NCBI GenBank assembly: GCA_001949185.1
Contig: BDGG01000007.1
Location: 2,128,730 to 2,192,729 of the forward strand
Origin: Ramazzottius varieornatus
Taxonomy: Eukaryota; Animalia; Tardigrada
Length of the DNA stretch: 64,000 nucleotides
Direction: 5' to 3'
Position 1 is the first letter of the stretch; each line of letters begins with the position of its first letter. Position numbers and translations under genes: made by a program. The notes beneath the pieces are model-generated. The model was not told the DNA's origin. It searched no databases and saw nothing but the letters and a program-made list of their open reading frames with translations. This document shows positions 37,801 to 52,355 of the stretch, in pieces.

Positions 37801-39119
37801 GGCGAACAATGCATATGGCAGAGTGTTCGCCGAGCGGACAAAAGATACATATCTATCTTTAATATCAATTATCCATACCGGTTGGAGGCGCTTGGATAGT
37901 TGGCACTGTCATAAACACCGTTCATATATTGTCAGTATTGTCACATTCTTCAGACATGATCTCAGTTCTTGACCATTGCTCATCTGCAACTGACGAAGCA
38001 CTCTTACAAACAATTAATTCATTTGGTACAATATTTCAATGTCGAGCTCTTTGCAGAGTTGCCATGCATGGCCCGTATTCTCGGGGCTCATCTAAAGTTG
38101 AAGCGTCTAAGGATGTCTCATTGATCTGTTGTTCGTGTGCTTTGCAGATTGTGTAACAAGGCGGCAGTTGGCACACTGTGATCTGATCGTCTTACAGCGC
38201 TTGTGACACGCTCGGCAAGACATATCCGCAGACGTCAGCCAATGTCCGTGTTTCACCCAGTGGATAAGATGTTTGAACTGGCAGTTGCAGTATTGTGTTT
38301 AAAGTAGCGGCGATGATCGGCCAGTAATTGAAGCTAAGCAGATCGGATTGTGGAAGTAGGAGAAGGACAGTTGGCGGCTGGACATGACGCTGACCGAATG
38401 CATGCAGCCGTCGGCAGAGGGCGGCAGCGGCTTTGACTGCAGCCATTGCGCACTACATGTCGACCACTGCCTCCAGGAAGATGACCTCCACCTGCAGGTA
38501 AACTGAAAATTATACTCTCACTGGTCAAAACAGTCGTCAGTGGGAGAGTTCCCTCAACAAAATACTGTGGCAAAATGGCCATTTAATGAAGCTACGTCTT
38601 GAGCCCGCAGCGGTCATTTGTAGTCCATCTTAACTGTGAACCCAAATCACTGAATGTACCTAATCCAAAAATATCTCTAAATAGACTTTTCCAAAGATCT
38701 CGATGGTATACAGGCACGAAGGCGAAGTATCAGCACAAAGTCTGATCCAGACGGACGAATGCAAAGTGTGGTCCAGACGTTGTCTTCGTGCCTGCACTTG
38801 ACATGCTGTCACGACATATCCTTAAAGCGACAGAGTAAGAAAAGTGGCTCTGAAAACTAACCAAACTTGACAAAGAATCCTCATGGTCCACATTCCCAAA
38901 ACTTTGATTGAACTGCTTCAGCGCCGATGCAAACGCTCATTGTGGACCCTATAGCTGGTCGCTCGGCTGTTTTGGTTCCCCTGTATCGTAAACCTGAAAG
39001 CCTTCGGGCCGCTGGGCACACGCGGAAATACCAACGTGATGGACTATAGGATTCGGGTTTTCGGCTTGACAGATAATTGGTGGAAGATCTTGTTCGAAGC
39101 AGCTTGGAATCTTCGCAGT

Positions 39120-39985
39120 TCAAACCAGTATTCTATTCAGTTTCAGTCCCACAATCAGTCCCAAGTCTCGTCGGACTGCTAGAAGATTAGCCCCGAAATA
39201 TATCAGTTCAGTCCCACTGGACTGAATTGGGCCTCTTTCTAGACGAGTCCAAGTCAGAGTGATCAAATCGAATCTATCAGCGGTATCAGTTATAGTCCTG
39301 AGACCGAAATTGATTCGCGAAGGATATCAGTCTCAGTCTGAGGGACTGAAACTGAAATGTACGGGATATCAGTTTCAGTCTCTGGGACTACCAAAGGAAT
39401 NNNNNNNNNNNNNNNNNNNNNNNNNNNNNNNNNNNNNNNNNNNNNNNNNNTTGGGGGGGGGGGGGGGGCCTCCTCGAATCCTCTGCCTTTCGTTTGTTCA
39501 AAAATAGAGGACATATCCAAGTACCACTGTGAATCATCGTGGTAGGTGGAGAACCATTTTCAACTAGAAAATAATTTCGAATCGAGTTTGCCACGCATTC
39601 AAAAAATGTTTGAAATGTACGAAGTGGTGTTCCGCCGATCATGACGCCTCGTACAAGTACCCGCGATTCTCCTCTATCTTTGAAAAAACGGAAACCCGTG
39701 GATTCGGAAAGAGCGTTCCCGAATTCCCTTGTTACTCTCAGAGACTGAAACTGATCTCCCCTGCTTATTCAGTTGCCGTCTCCCACACTGAGACTGATAT
39801 CGACCGCAAAACAGTTTCAGTCTCCACACGGGAGTTTCAGTCCCTTCTCGCTTTAGTTCTAGTCTCTGCCTGGGCGGATTAGTCTCCGTGTTTGTAGTTT
39901 CAGTCCGGGGGACTAGACTGTTGATTCAGTCTGGTCCCGAGACTAAGACTGAAACTGATATTTTATCAGTCTCGGACTGAAACTA
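39120..39985. repeat. Array of palindromic TCAGTTTCAGTC/GACTGAAACTGA motifs spanning an assembly gap
   Basis: Many copies of ATCAGT(T/C)TCAGTC and its inverse lie on both sides of the gap at 39401-39450. Confidence 0.7.
39401..39450. other. Assembly gap (50 N)
   Basis: Run of N. Confidence 1.
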
Positions 39986-40697
39986 AATACAACACTGGTT
40001 CAAACACGTGGCGGGGGAAAATTCCCACTGCACGGCTGAGACAATCGTACAAAAAGCGCCGATTATCTCAGGCGTCAAAGTTGCAATTGGGCGAACTGCG
40101 AAGCACATGAAGGAATGCAAGAAACGAGCTGCTACGCGAAACGAATCCAATAAGAAAAACTTAAAATCAAGAGATAGTGAGTTTATTTGTGGCTTACAGT
40201 GTGGCACGAGTCACGAAACGAAGCGGGGTTGGCTATGTTTGCCACGAGGGAGAAGGGCAGTCGATTTGAGTCGGTCACTAATATTCTTGATCAATGCTTT
40301 CATGTGGCAAATACCGTTGAGGAAGGTAATTCGTGCCCGGCTGGCGAAGGTCTTCCATCCCGGACAATCAAAGAAATGCATCTTGGCCAGCCCTTTTTTA
40401 ACTTGGTGAGCTCATAAGTGCCAGTCAGTTTACCATGGTGAACTTGAACTACTTTCGTCCGTCGTTTGGCGCAGAGTGGCACGAGCTTTGCACCTTCTGA
40501 AATATTCTGACGAACGCTTTTCCGAAACAAGATTTTCAATAACAACTAGTGCTCTTTTGTTCAATCCTTCTGGTAGCTTTGCAATTCCCCGATTGAGTAC
40601 CTCGCTTATATTTACTGGCGATGGACGTCTTGCGAGGCAGCATTCGGCCAACTATTGGTCCTTGTTTCAGGATGAACGGTACCAGATCTGTGCGGAG

Positions 40698-43600
40698 ATG
40701 GGTAAGAGTGCTGGCGGACGTGCCTTGTGCACGGTAGCGCAACGAACCCTGCGTTTCAGCGATTCGGCACGTCGTTCACTAGCCACAGCAGGCAACCCTA
40801 CTTCCGCGCAGCCAACAATACACGCACAACCCATTCGGCAGGAGGACATGTTCGCCGATGCGCCACTATCCGACGTCCGTCAAGCGGAACTAAAGACTTT
40901 TACCTTCCGCCACAGCCATGTACCGCACGCTGCCCAGCATAGCTTACTTTACGACGCACTTCCCACCACCACCTCCCCGCGCTTCTCTCTGCGAACCATC
41001 CCCCGTGCCCTGGCTCCTTCCACCTCGGACGAAAGCGAGCGCCTGTCACTCGACCAAGTCTCGGTGGATTGGCCTGCTGAGGAAGGACTACCTATGGCTG
41101 AGGATTATGTCGAGCTGCCTGAAATGTCCGTCGATGGACCGGAACTCGACGACTTTTATACGCTCAATAAAGAGAAACATCATGCCCCACTTGCTTTTTC
41201 CCAGGCAGGTGAAACTGTGATAGACAATTCCGATACCTTTGCCCCAGTGGATATTGTGGAGAGTGCCAGTGTCACTGCTCGACGAGACTTTGTGGCTTCA
41301 AACTGGGACGAAGTATCGGTGGATGGGGAAGAAGCCTCCACTTCAGCCGACAGCCTGTCAACGGAAAGTGGCGAGTATTCAGTATTCTCTCCGGACTTTG
41401 TCCAGTTTGGAAAGATGAGACGGACAGCTGGTGTGGAGGACATGATGCTTGATGAAGAGGCTGCTGCCAGGCCGGCTGAGGATGTCACAATTGCGGCGGA
41501 GAACGTCGAGATGTATAGGTAAGTGTCGCCAAGACGGCGCCACCTGCAGTAGCCCTTGCCGCACAATTTGGAGTCTGGGCAAAGTTCCTCAGAAGTCTGG
41601 GGTCACGGCGTAGAGGTATAGTCGAGGAAATTTAGGCAGGGGGCAGGGAAGCCCAAGGGTAGGGGTCGGGGCTTGCCATGTAGAGGCCGAGAATTTTCAA
41701 GAAAACCCGAAACCTTCCCTTGCCCTTCTCAAAGTTCATCAGCTGTGCCTCTACGCTTTGACCCCAGACTTTTGAGGAACCTTGCCCACAGCCCATTGAA
41801 GAGCCACAAAGGTCCACCATGCTAAGAAAGATCCGACCGTATGACAGCAGCAATATCAAAATAAATTGTCCCAAGTGAAAATTTTCGAAAGACTGCATCC
41901 GCCATCATCGTACGAGAAAAATGTTATCGGACATTTTTCTGAGAATTTTGCGTTCACCCGAGGATTCTGAATATCGGATCTATAGCTATTCATGAAATAT
42001 ATCATCAGATACCGAATAGGAAAAACTCCCAGCTGTTTTCCTCCAGTTCGAGCATTTCCACTGAATGAAAAGTACATGCTGGTACTCCAACTTGAGTTAA
42101 TGGCGGTAATGTACTTTGCAGATTATTCTATCCACAGCGTGTCTCCGCGCAAATAAGCTCACCTTCGACGAGGGCAGACGTGCCGTCTTTTATTGATCCA
42201 CTCTCTCCCCCCATTCCTCCCTCCTCAGCGTACACTTCACCTTCACCGGTACCAGCTGACCCGCACTGGTCAAACCACATTCTGCCCTCGCAAACGGAAA
42301 TGGTCGTCAGTCACAGCACCGTCCAGCTGGAAGAACACAGCGAGACCATCGTCCAGCAGTATCAACAGCACTTCCGTCCACCTTCGGCAATCGATAACAG
42401 CGCTGCCAGCAGACCTTCTCCAACATTGACAGAAGTGAGGGAACCTCCCACCTATACAGTCACGTCACATCTGACACCGGTCGAGCAGCGGCTGCAGAAT
42501 ATCCAAGCAGCCTTACGTGAAAGTGCAGCGCTGGTAATAACAGATGACCACGTTGATCATATTTCGCCTCACTCTGAACAACAGCTTCAATACCGTCACA
42601 GCCGCAGTCCTAGTCAAGCCAAGGGCGCTTTTCAGCCGACATCTCCATCTAGTCCTTCGCCCGTACCGCCGACAACATGGTCAGACTCTGACTTGCTCGA
42701 TGTCATTACGGAATCGAGGAAGAAACGAGTTCGGCTGGAGGAGGATATTCACGACGAACAGCAAAAGGAGGGTGTGGAATTTATCGCGGAAACTGTGGTC
42801 AAGGAGGAAGTAACCAGTCCCAAATCCGGCAGGATATCCAGGAGTCGCAGTACAGAGAACGTGGTGGATGTAAATCCGGATGGAGCATCGGCAAGCATCT
42901 ACCGCAAGAACCCCACTGTCAAGAGGAAGGAAGTGGCAATAACGCGACTTAAAACACAGAAACCTCTTCACCTTGCTTACGGTATGTTTAATCGTGCTGA
43001 AAACTCTGGTGCATCGTTGGAAGATTTGAAAATATGGGGGTAAATCATTGAACTTGCATGGGGTCTTTGCAACAGAAGGACTGCCACCGCGATGATAGTA
43101 CTGTAGTNNNNNNNNNNNNNNNNNNNNNNNNNNNNNNNNNNNNNNNNNNNNNNNNNNGCGTTAATTTAGGAGCACTACAGTACAGTAGTAATTCATCGTA
43201 GAGGAGAGGTATCATTACCACTCTGCACTCAATAAGTTTCACTCCAAACTGTGCACGTTCGTTAATCACGAAGTCACAGAGCTTCATCAAAGTTGGCTTT
43301 TTGTGGAAGAAATTCATTCCAGAAGGGTCCGTTCAAATTTGTCAGAGCTATTGGTTCTGCAGGGGTTGATAACCTTCGGATTTTGAATGTGCAATTCCTT
43401 GTGCACACCACGTCGAAGCTTGGGCTTTTGCGACTTAAACAGGCAGAGAAAAAGCTGTCCCATAATCAACTTGGCCAGTGCAGTTCTCAGCAGAACCACA
43501 TTTTTGGGTATTTTTGACCAATTCTCAATTGCGCCGCTAAACCAGTTTTAGGTGGGTTTGACAGCGCGCCACACTGTCAGCGTTCCCTCTTCTGTATCAA

Positions 43601-46600
43601 TGAGAAAGTGCTCAAAACGTCATACTTGGTCAGTGGGCTGAATCAGCTTCTGCTCAAAAGATAAAGGCTGCAAACAACCTCTCCGAGGCCAAAATATTCC
43701 ACTCCATGACTTCCATCCATAACAAGCTTTTCCGTCTACAGTTACCTTTAAAAATTGGCGGTAAAATTCCAAAGATGATCAATTTTTGCAGTCTTTTGGT
43801 ATATCTGACCGTATCGGACATTTTCTGGCGGGGTTTTGAAGTGCATCTCTCGGCTCATGTCTTTTGCCATATGGGCATTTTGCTACGGTTGTTTGTGACG
43901 GTTTCTGGCGCTGTCTTGGTGCTTCGTTGTTGTGAACCCTCTCGAGTTTACAACGTCAACTTTCATGGCGGTACGCAGTCGCTTTACGCCTGCTACGTGT
44001 TGTGGACGTGTCTGCGGTTTTGTTTTTGGGCTAAGCCGGCAATCGCCAATTGAATGACCGAAGCAAGTGTGCCTTCTGGCGCAAGAGCTCTAATCAGCCC
44101 CCACCATCTCAGACAATCCTTTCTTTCTTCTGCAAAGAACAATACAACCCCACCGCATAACAACATTAACCACTGTGCATCGTTTTCTCTTGACATTTTA
44201 CGACATAATGCGCTGGTCGAACTAAGCCACCTCAATGCCAAACAAAAAATACTGTTCTTGATGTTTTAATAAAGCACAGTATGACAAAGGCTCTTTAGCT
44301 GCAAACCGCTAACTCAATGGCGGTGTTTGATGGAACATGGAATGAACGGATGGAATGATGGTGGTACCGGTAACTGCGGTTGATGGCGCGGAAAAAACAC
44401 CATGTTGATTCGAACACGACGTAAAAATTTCTCCGATAGCGATATGCTAGACTAGACTTTAACCTTGCTCGCAGATGCACATTGTCCGTACATCCGGTAG
44501 AATTCTGCCTCACGGGAAGAAGATAAGCTTAATTTGACTTTTGCCGAAAAATCAATGATTAGATAAATCATGATCTAAATATCGAGAGAGCTATACATTT
44601 ATTGAAGGCGTTAGACTGCTGGCAGTTCGGTTCTTGTAGTGAAAGACGGACGTGGGCACGGTATAGACTGTAGAGGTTTTGAAGATTAGGCTACATTGTG
44701 TCCTCTGAAAGTTTGCCACCCTGCCATGAAAGTATAGCAGACCTTCAACGTTATTTTTTATACTGCGTCATTTGCCGCCGTAAAAGGCTGTAAAACTTTG
44801 GGAGTTTGGCCGCAAGAGGCAGCGTTGCATACCTCGAGTGGCTTAGTGCGCAGTCGGCAATGTCGCTGCATGCCGTAACTCGAAATATCCACTCGATGGC
44901 AACGGTAACTGCATTAAAGAGTTGTGCTTCTGTGAAATGCACCGCCAACTCTCTCTGTCTCTCCCCACTTTCCAACTGTACCATTGGTCTGATCAAACAT
45001 CAAATATTGCGCTTTATTAGCTCCAGATAAGAGAGTTATTTGCGAAGCCTGCTCCAAGTTCTCTTCGCAATTGACAAAGAATTAGGTCCCTCTCACACAA
45101 ACACTGTAACTCCACTTCTACCCCCAGAAAACCTTTTCTAATTTTAACTCGATTTATCCTTACATTGTATTGTCTGGAGTAAAAAATGTCGACGGCTTTG
45201 TCGACCAGCAGCACTACTATATCGCGTTTGTCGGCCTCAGCCTTACTCGCCCAGTACCTCACTGTTGGCGCTAGCAATCACGCTCATGGCAATCCAGGTC
45301 AGTGCTTTATTAGTAAATAGGTTTTCTCCTGTCATGCTCGGCATTCTAATATCGTCCGGCAACAATTGCCGCTCTTGATTCGTTATTGATCGCTTTTGGC
45401 CTCCTACCTGTCCGAGATTGCCGTGCACGTCTTGCACACACCTGGTGGCAGACAACAGTACTTCCTTCCCTTTAGTCCACAGGAATATTCGGCAGGTCTT
45501 CGACACTGTCAAGGCTGTGCTGGCAGCCATATCGGCTTCCTTCCTGATGCCGCTCTGTCCAATAGTTCAGTATCGACTCGACCTGAATTTGTTAGCAATG
45601 TTATCAATTTGACAGGTGCATCTCAACACACTGCGCAGCTTGACAGGGGTATCGTGTATGTCATTGCGAGTCTGCAGGGCACCTTGTAGACCGTTCTTGT
45701 GCTTGTGCGCCAGTTTGAAGGTGTCCTTGACGTTGGAGTAGTGCGGTCTACTACGAAAGCAAATGTGGTACCGGGGTGAAACCACAAATGTTTATTGTCT
45801 CAATGCCGGCACACACCACTTCGTAACTGAAACTGTCGACGTAACCGCGCAAAAATGTTTAACTTTGATGGAGCGGCGCAATGGTGTGTTCTTGAATTTC
45901 CTGTTTATGATGATTAGATATGATAGGCTAATCGGTATGCTGAAGATTGTTTGTTGTTACAGAGAGTGAGGAGGCTGGCAGCAGCGCCATGCAGACAGCC
46001 AGTCTACCCGTCACCGGCAGCACGTTCCGGCAGGAATACCCTTCGACGGCGCAGTTGTTGGCTAGCCGAAGCAAGGAACGCCACCTCTCCAACAACACCC
46101 TGGATGGTGCGGCTTCCGTCTCCTCGGCCTTGCCCTATACCGTTGACGGAACTAAAGTCATCTATCCCGTCGTCAGGAAACTGCCCAGTTATGCCTCGTC
46201 GCGGGTGAGCGTTAACTCGGACTTGGAGGCCTACCCGGCCACACCCTCGCCCAGCATACCGGATAGCACCTATAGTCTGGCCTCCAGAGGTAGTGCGGCT
46301 GGCCGATTATCCCGACGCTCCCATGCTGTCATCTATTTCAGAGGTACGCTAGATGACGTCACAGACGACCTATTGACAAAAATCGATTCTGCAGCTGGAT
46401 CAATGTTCGGAAAAACCACGGTGCTGCAAATTCCTGCTGTAGATCTTGCTCTGGCCTACTGTAACATTTCCTCAGACTATATATGTAATCGCAGAAAAAT
46501 ATTCCGATTGTGTGGAAATGTTCTTTCTTCCTTGTCACTCGAATCGCTAAAAACGCTCTACAGTAAGCTGACAATGTTTTGGGGTTTCCCTCAAAATCAG

Positions 46601-49600
46601 TCAAGGAACAGTGTGGAGTACGGTCCATTGTTGTCGTTATTAACAGGGCTTTTTGGCCGTGTGGTGGGCAATGTATGTTTGTGTGATTTGCAGATCGTAC
46701 AAATAGCGCCGTCATTCCTCAGCACACTCGTCCTGACAAGTCCTTGCCCAATGTCGCCGTAACAGTTGAGAATGGCCAAAAGGCGGCCGAAGAATTACAC
46801 TGTATACCTTCGGACTCCGATCAACAGTTGGCTCCAGCGCCGCGTCGTTCTAGCTCGTCATCCTCATCATCAGGTCGCGGAATTCAGAGACTGACAATTA
46901 AAATGGTACTGAAAGAAAAGAAAAGTACTGAATCACCTTTCGACAGCGCACCCATTACCCTTACTCAAACATACACCGAGAGTACCAGCAACAGCCTCGT
47001 CCCGCCTGCCCAAGACGACCTACCAAATGGCGCTACGGCGGCCAACCTGCAACATCATCACCACCCGTACACTCGGCGTGTCGTACCTATGGTAGCACCT
47101 CATCAACGCTCCTTGTCAGCACATGCCAGCCAGCGTAACAATGCTGATGTCAAAGGCAAGCTCAGTGCCTCGGAAGTGGAACTGTGTAAGCCCCAAGTTG
47201 TCACTCTCACCACCAGACAAGAACCTGCTGCTGCCACCATCATGACCGACTCTTTCTCACGGGATACCACACTGAGGTCTTCCTCCATCTATGAACGACG
47301 GGGCCCCGACAGCAGGACCTCCACCATGTCTCGAGCCTATTCCAGGACTTCGTCGCTGTTGAACGACAACAGCAAGCCCAAACCTTACAGGTCCTATGAG
47401 CGACTGGATATTATGGACGAGGAGGGCGGACGGGTGACCAGGGAACGCTTGGAGGAATTGAAAAACGATGTTATCCATATTCAAGTCCACGAAAAAGGTG
47501 CGTCTCTCCCTTTTGATACCCAACGTACCGCCACCGCCAGACTTGTTCGCTCAACTTGATTTTACTGCCCAAGTCACATTTTTTGTCAGTCGAGACAATT
47601 CAAGGATATTTGCTTTTCCCACGTTACAGTATTTCGATAAATTTCGATGAATATCGAAATAACACGAAAATGACCAGCTTTACCTCTACCTCTATGAGAC
47701 ACACGAACATTTTTCTCGCATACAGAAGGCTAAACCAAACGGGGTTAATCGTTTTTATCTTCAAAATGTTGTGGTCGATATCGACACAAAAAAAGAAACT
47801 TTGATAAAACCTACGTCGTATTTCGCGCCTGACTGGATATTGGCATCTCTCATTCAGAGCTTATCACGCCCGAGATGTTTCACCCATGATGTGATACAGA
47901 GCAAATGACGCGGCTTTGCTGATTAATTGCAAGGTTCCGCACGCATTTGCTGCAATGTAGTATTCTACTTTGTAGGTGACAAGGTCCGCCTTACCGCAGC
48001 CGAAGCCAAGAAGATTGAGGATAACGAAGACAGCGATCTGTCGCATTTACCAGCACGGCCCAGCATCGAGGTTGCTCTGAGCGCACAGGACAGCGACGTG
48101 CTGGCACTACCTCCGCCGGAGAAACCGCCTTCGCCAAGGTCGAGACGCGATCGCTATGAACTGCATCAAGCCATGTCGTGGAAACGCGAAATTGAAGTGC
48201 CTCAAGACAGGTTTGTCAAACTACCACGCCACATGCAAAAAACCTTCCTTATCAATAATCCATCTTCAAAAACATCACTCAAGATCGAAAAATATTTTAC
48301 TACCATTTCGACAAGACGATGGAATATATACCCGTTTCTTCAAAAATATGCATATCGGGCGTCGGCGAATCAAGTCTGCCTTCGGTCGTTTTGCCGAGTG
48401 GCGCTTGTTCTTACCATTGGGGGCTAAGAGTGTGCGCCACTTGGAGAAACGATCTTGACGAAATTGAACAAGTGGCGCATGCTTTGCGACAGTCACAGCG
48501 AGAACGTGCGCCGCTTGTAACGGCCATCTGATTAAAACCATCCGCCGACATGCCAACTGGGTTTATTTTTCATGGCGTATCTTATTCGAATACTTTAAAG
48601 ACGACCTATTGGGTTTTACAGGATTCAAACGCCGGTTAGTTATTCGGAAGTGGAGTATGGGTTACATCGAGCACAGCCCGACCAGCAAGAGGTGCCCGTG
48701 TGGAAAGAGGACACACGAGTGGTTGAAGCACGCTCTGTCTCGGCGCCGGCACCTCCCGCCAGGGAACCGCTGCACGAGAGGTACGTTGGTCGAGCATGGG
48801 ACGAGCGTGTGCCACTGCCGCGAAGACCGCTTTCACCGTTGAACAGCACTGTGGCATTATCGTCGACCTTGTATTCCAATCACGAGCATCAATCGCATAT
48901 CGCCTACCGCAGTATCTTCGACAAATGTAAGTTTTCAGACCACAGTCACACCCAGTTTACATTATGCTTTTCAAGTCAAAAACTGTTCATACCTTCCAAA
49001 ACGCGGGTTACATTCTTGTATTTTCGATAGTTTTGAACAATCGAGGTTTCCGTGAAATAATATTTTCCCACAGCTTTGTGGAAAGACGAAAGTGCATTTT
49101 ACAGAGTGATCCCTGTAGGTTGGAACGATTTCTAAAACTCGTGGTAAAGTCGCTTCTAGCTATACAATTCCAAACTTCAACTCGTTCGATGGAGCATGTC
49201 TTCATCTTGAATTTTGTGAAGGTCTCCTCAACAAAACATTGATAAACCGAACTTTTTTCTACGGTTCTTTCTGGAGAGGTTACGGAATGGCGGGAAGTGG
49301 GTAGAGTGCTTGGTTGAAGTATCGAGGTGCGAATTGGTACAAAGAAAAGAATGAAAAGGGCTCTGGCTATAAAAGTGGTAATATTTGTTGAATCACCGGT
49401 GATAAGAAAAGAATGTTTGGTTTAGGTGCTGTTACACCTTTCTGTATTCTGTAAGCTCCAGCAAGCCTCGCAGGCCATAATATAGCTCTCATGCACCACC
49501 TTCCTCACTTCAATACACTGCGATAAGCCGCCGATACAGTTCCAATATTCAGCGGTAATAATCCGCATTGCAGCATTCTTTATTTATTGTTCCAGGTTAC

Positions 49601-52099
49601 ACCGACGAGCGTATCAACGAATTACGCAAATCGGCAAACGACCTACGGACCCTGGCAGACGGCGGCCATGTGTCAACAGCGCCAACAAGCTCCTTCAAAT
49701 ACAATTACCCACCTGTCGAGTCATCCTCAACCTCGCGGACTGTACCTCCCTACCGTGAGCCGTTGAGCACGTCATGCAAGCCATCGCTCATTGCGCCCAG
49801 AATACCCCTGTCCAGCACTGTGTCCTCCGAGACCTACCGCAAAGAGTCTAGCAGTTACCAGTCGGACTACTCGGCGCTGCCGCTGACGCAATACAAGAGC
49901 ACACCAACACTGCCCAGCACGGCGACCTCGCTACCAGCACGCACTGCAAACTATTTCACACCAGGAAGTGTTTACCAAACAGATGTTGTCACTCATAATC
50001 ACTCCACTAAGCCACATGATACCTCGCCGCGTTCAATACCCCGTTACGAGCCCTACAATCGTTATGCCCAGCAGACAGCTGACACGGCTAAACCTCACCA
50101 ACAGCAAAGCTCGTTCGCCTACCAACCCGCAACATCGCACATTTCCTCGCCGCTCCAAATTCAGAAGAACCCCTCTGCAAAACCCATATACCAACCCGAA
50201 GAAAGCAAAGTGTACAAAAGTACTACCGCAGAGACCACCATGTTCTCCAGCGGTGTCCCACCTAAACAAAAGTTTAATACGGAATATTCGCGGCAGACAG
50301 AACCAACTTTGGGAATGGCGCCGAGGCTGTCTGAGCAGAAACCTGACGACAGTGCCAGGGTGCAACCACGGTCAACAGGCTCATCGTGGGCTTACGGCTA
50401 CAAACTACCCGAAGAGCAATTCCGTTCCAAAAGCGCAGATCGGCCCGACACTCGATCATCGCTCTATTCCCGTCCCGATCCCTCCTTGAAGACTGTCGAG
50501 CCTTCCGTCCTCGAAGCTCTGCGGCCAAAAGCCAAGCCCGAACCGCCGCAGTCCCCCGACGTCCGGCCCAAAGACTGGGTGCCGCCCTGCAAAGCCAAGA
50601 TCATGCAGGCCAAGCGTAAATACATGAGCCAAAACCCGCCATTGATGACGTCCACCCGACAAGCGACGGACCCATGGGAAAGGTACAAGAGCTCTTCGCG
50701 GGAAAGGACCGAGTTAAGAATCAGTCGCGAAAGCCTCGAAGCCATCAACCGCGAGGCCACCAGAAGGCAACGTGGCAATAATGGCACTTCGGCCCCCAAT
50801 CTAACCGCCTCGATGAAAGCTCTGACCGACCCCTCCGTCTATCGCGAGAAGATCTACTGGCCGGAACGCGAAGTGCAAGCCAAACTGAGCGAGTCACAGG
50901 AATACTTGAGTCGAAAGTTCGCGGCGGACTACACGGACGACCCCACGACGTCATCCTTCGCCAACCGCTTCGACAACCGTTCGCGAAGTCTCCCTCCCAT
51001 GTCGCGCTACTCAAAGTCAGCAGCGACCACCCCTATCGAGTCACCCTACCCTGAATACATGGACGGTAGCAAAGCCAAGAGTCTCGAGTACTTGTCCCAA
51101 GTCAAGAAATACGACTATGAGATTGTCCCCGAGAACCAGTTGCAAAAAGAAAACATTTCCGGCTATTCGCGGTCGAAGCAGGCTGAAGCAGACGACGAGA
51201 CGGACTACAGTAACGTCGTTCGCAAGTCCTTACAAAAGCTGGACTTGCCGGACTGGTATCTACAGTCACCCTACAGTCAGCCCGGAGTCATGGAAGGTAC
51301 GATTCTTCGTCACCGCGCCAACTCCACAACCGGTAGCTCCTACTCGGCCTACAACACCATCGACCGCTCCGAGCTAACTTCGCCCACCGGCACGATGCAT
51401 TCCACCGAGGCAGCCACAACACTTCCTCGTCGTGACCGACCCTTGACAGAGTATCGTCCAGCCAGTCGAGGAACAGAGTACGCCAACAAGAAACCCATGA
51501 CATTATCCCAAGAAAAAGTGTGGGATCTGTACACCGGGCCGTTCTACAACAAGAAAGCCTCAGCCAAGGCCCGCCCTTCGGCCATCTATTCGCCGGCTTC
51601 GGAGCACACACAGCGACCCTATAACCCCCACGACTCAGGCTGGTCCTCCGACTGGAACAGCCACCATGAAGGTTCCAGCGAACAGTCCGACGAGTCGGTG
51701 GCTGGATCGAGGCGCAGTCCACGAGCCTGGAATGCCAAGAGGTCCGTACCGGATGTTGGGACTTCATCGACGTCCTCGTCGTGGTACCAACCACCCCTGG
51801 GCAGGAAGCACAGTGAACCTTCGACCAATACCAGACCCGCACCGCCGTATCGGCCGCCGGGCACAACTACCATCACCACCACCACCACTGCGGCACCGAC
51901 CTACCAGCCACCTCAATTTCACCTGCAGACTTCCAAGAAGATTCTACAAGCCACACCATGGGAAGTGGTGTCTATCAAGACGGAGACGTTCAAGACGGAG
52001 AATTTAGCCAGGAAGAATTTCGTGACGGAAACCAACGACCCTGTGAGGATACAGCAGTTTAGTAGCCACAGTAACTCCCAGTGGGGTAGCTATGTTTGA
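40698..52099 (+). CDS. Large Ser/Thr/Pro-rich, probably disordered protein of unknown function (~1,970 aa; 5' end uncertain)
   Basis: Phase-consistent GT-AG chain 40698-41518, 42122-42981, 45963-46343, 46694-47497, 47976-48210, 48622-48926 and 49596-52099 links seven ORFs into one 5910-nt frame. No recognisable globular domain. Confidence 0.7.
43108..43157. other. Assembly gap (50 N), flanked by TACTGTAGT / ACTACAGTA, i.e. probably inside another TA-flanked MITE
   Basis: Run of N with inverted termini on either side. Confidence 0.9.
45017..45790 (-). mobile_element. Possible heavily degraded LINE (CR1/L2-type) ORF1 relic in an intron
   Basis: Broken minus-strand peptides (VRYWASK...RDIVVLL...V.I....CERD....LRREL; upstream YHIC...VYK.PC) loosely fit the ORF1 RRM/CTD and PHD pattern. 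Confidence 0.3.
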
Positions 52100-52355
52100 A
52101 GCTAAGTTCGGTGGATCTTTATCTGACACGGTGAATAAATAAAATTTGTTTTTCATTTTACGTTCATAGGTAATGTGTTTTCCTCTTGTCAAACTTTTTA
52201 TTACGAAGTCTTCGTTTTTTTCCCCGCCCAATGTTGAGAACGGTGCTCACTTGTATTACAGCCATGTGCATTTCTGACGTACAGTAGACTATAAAGGGGT
52301 AAATTTACGTCAGCCTGATTGTTAACTAAAATGGTACCTGGATGAATTCACGACG

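Noticed and set aside
35000-39100. Numerous 60-110-aa ORFs
   Set aside because: No coding signature or motifs; treated as intergenic or 5' regulatory sequence.
39451-39470. Poly-G run as a G-quadruplex element
   Set aside because: It directly abuts an assembly gap, so its length and context are unreliable.
40476-40760. MGKSAGGRALCTVAQRTLRF... as a mitochondrial presequence of a standalone gene
   Set aside because: The ORF splices onward into the giant gene and nearby splice signals make the true start uncertain, so targeting cannot be claimed.
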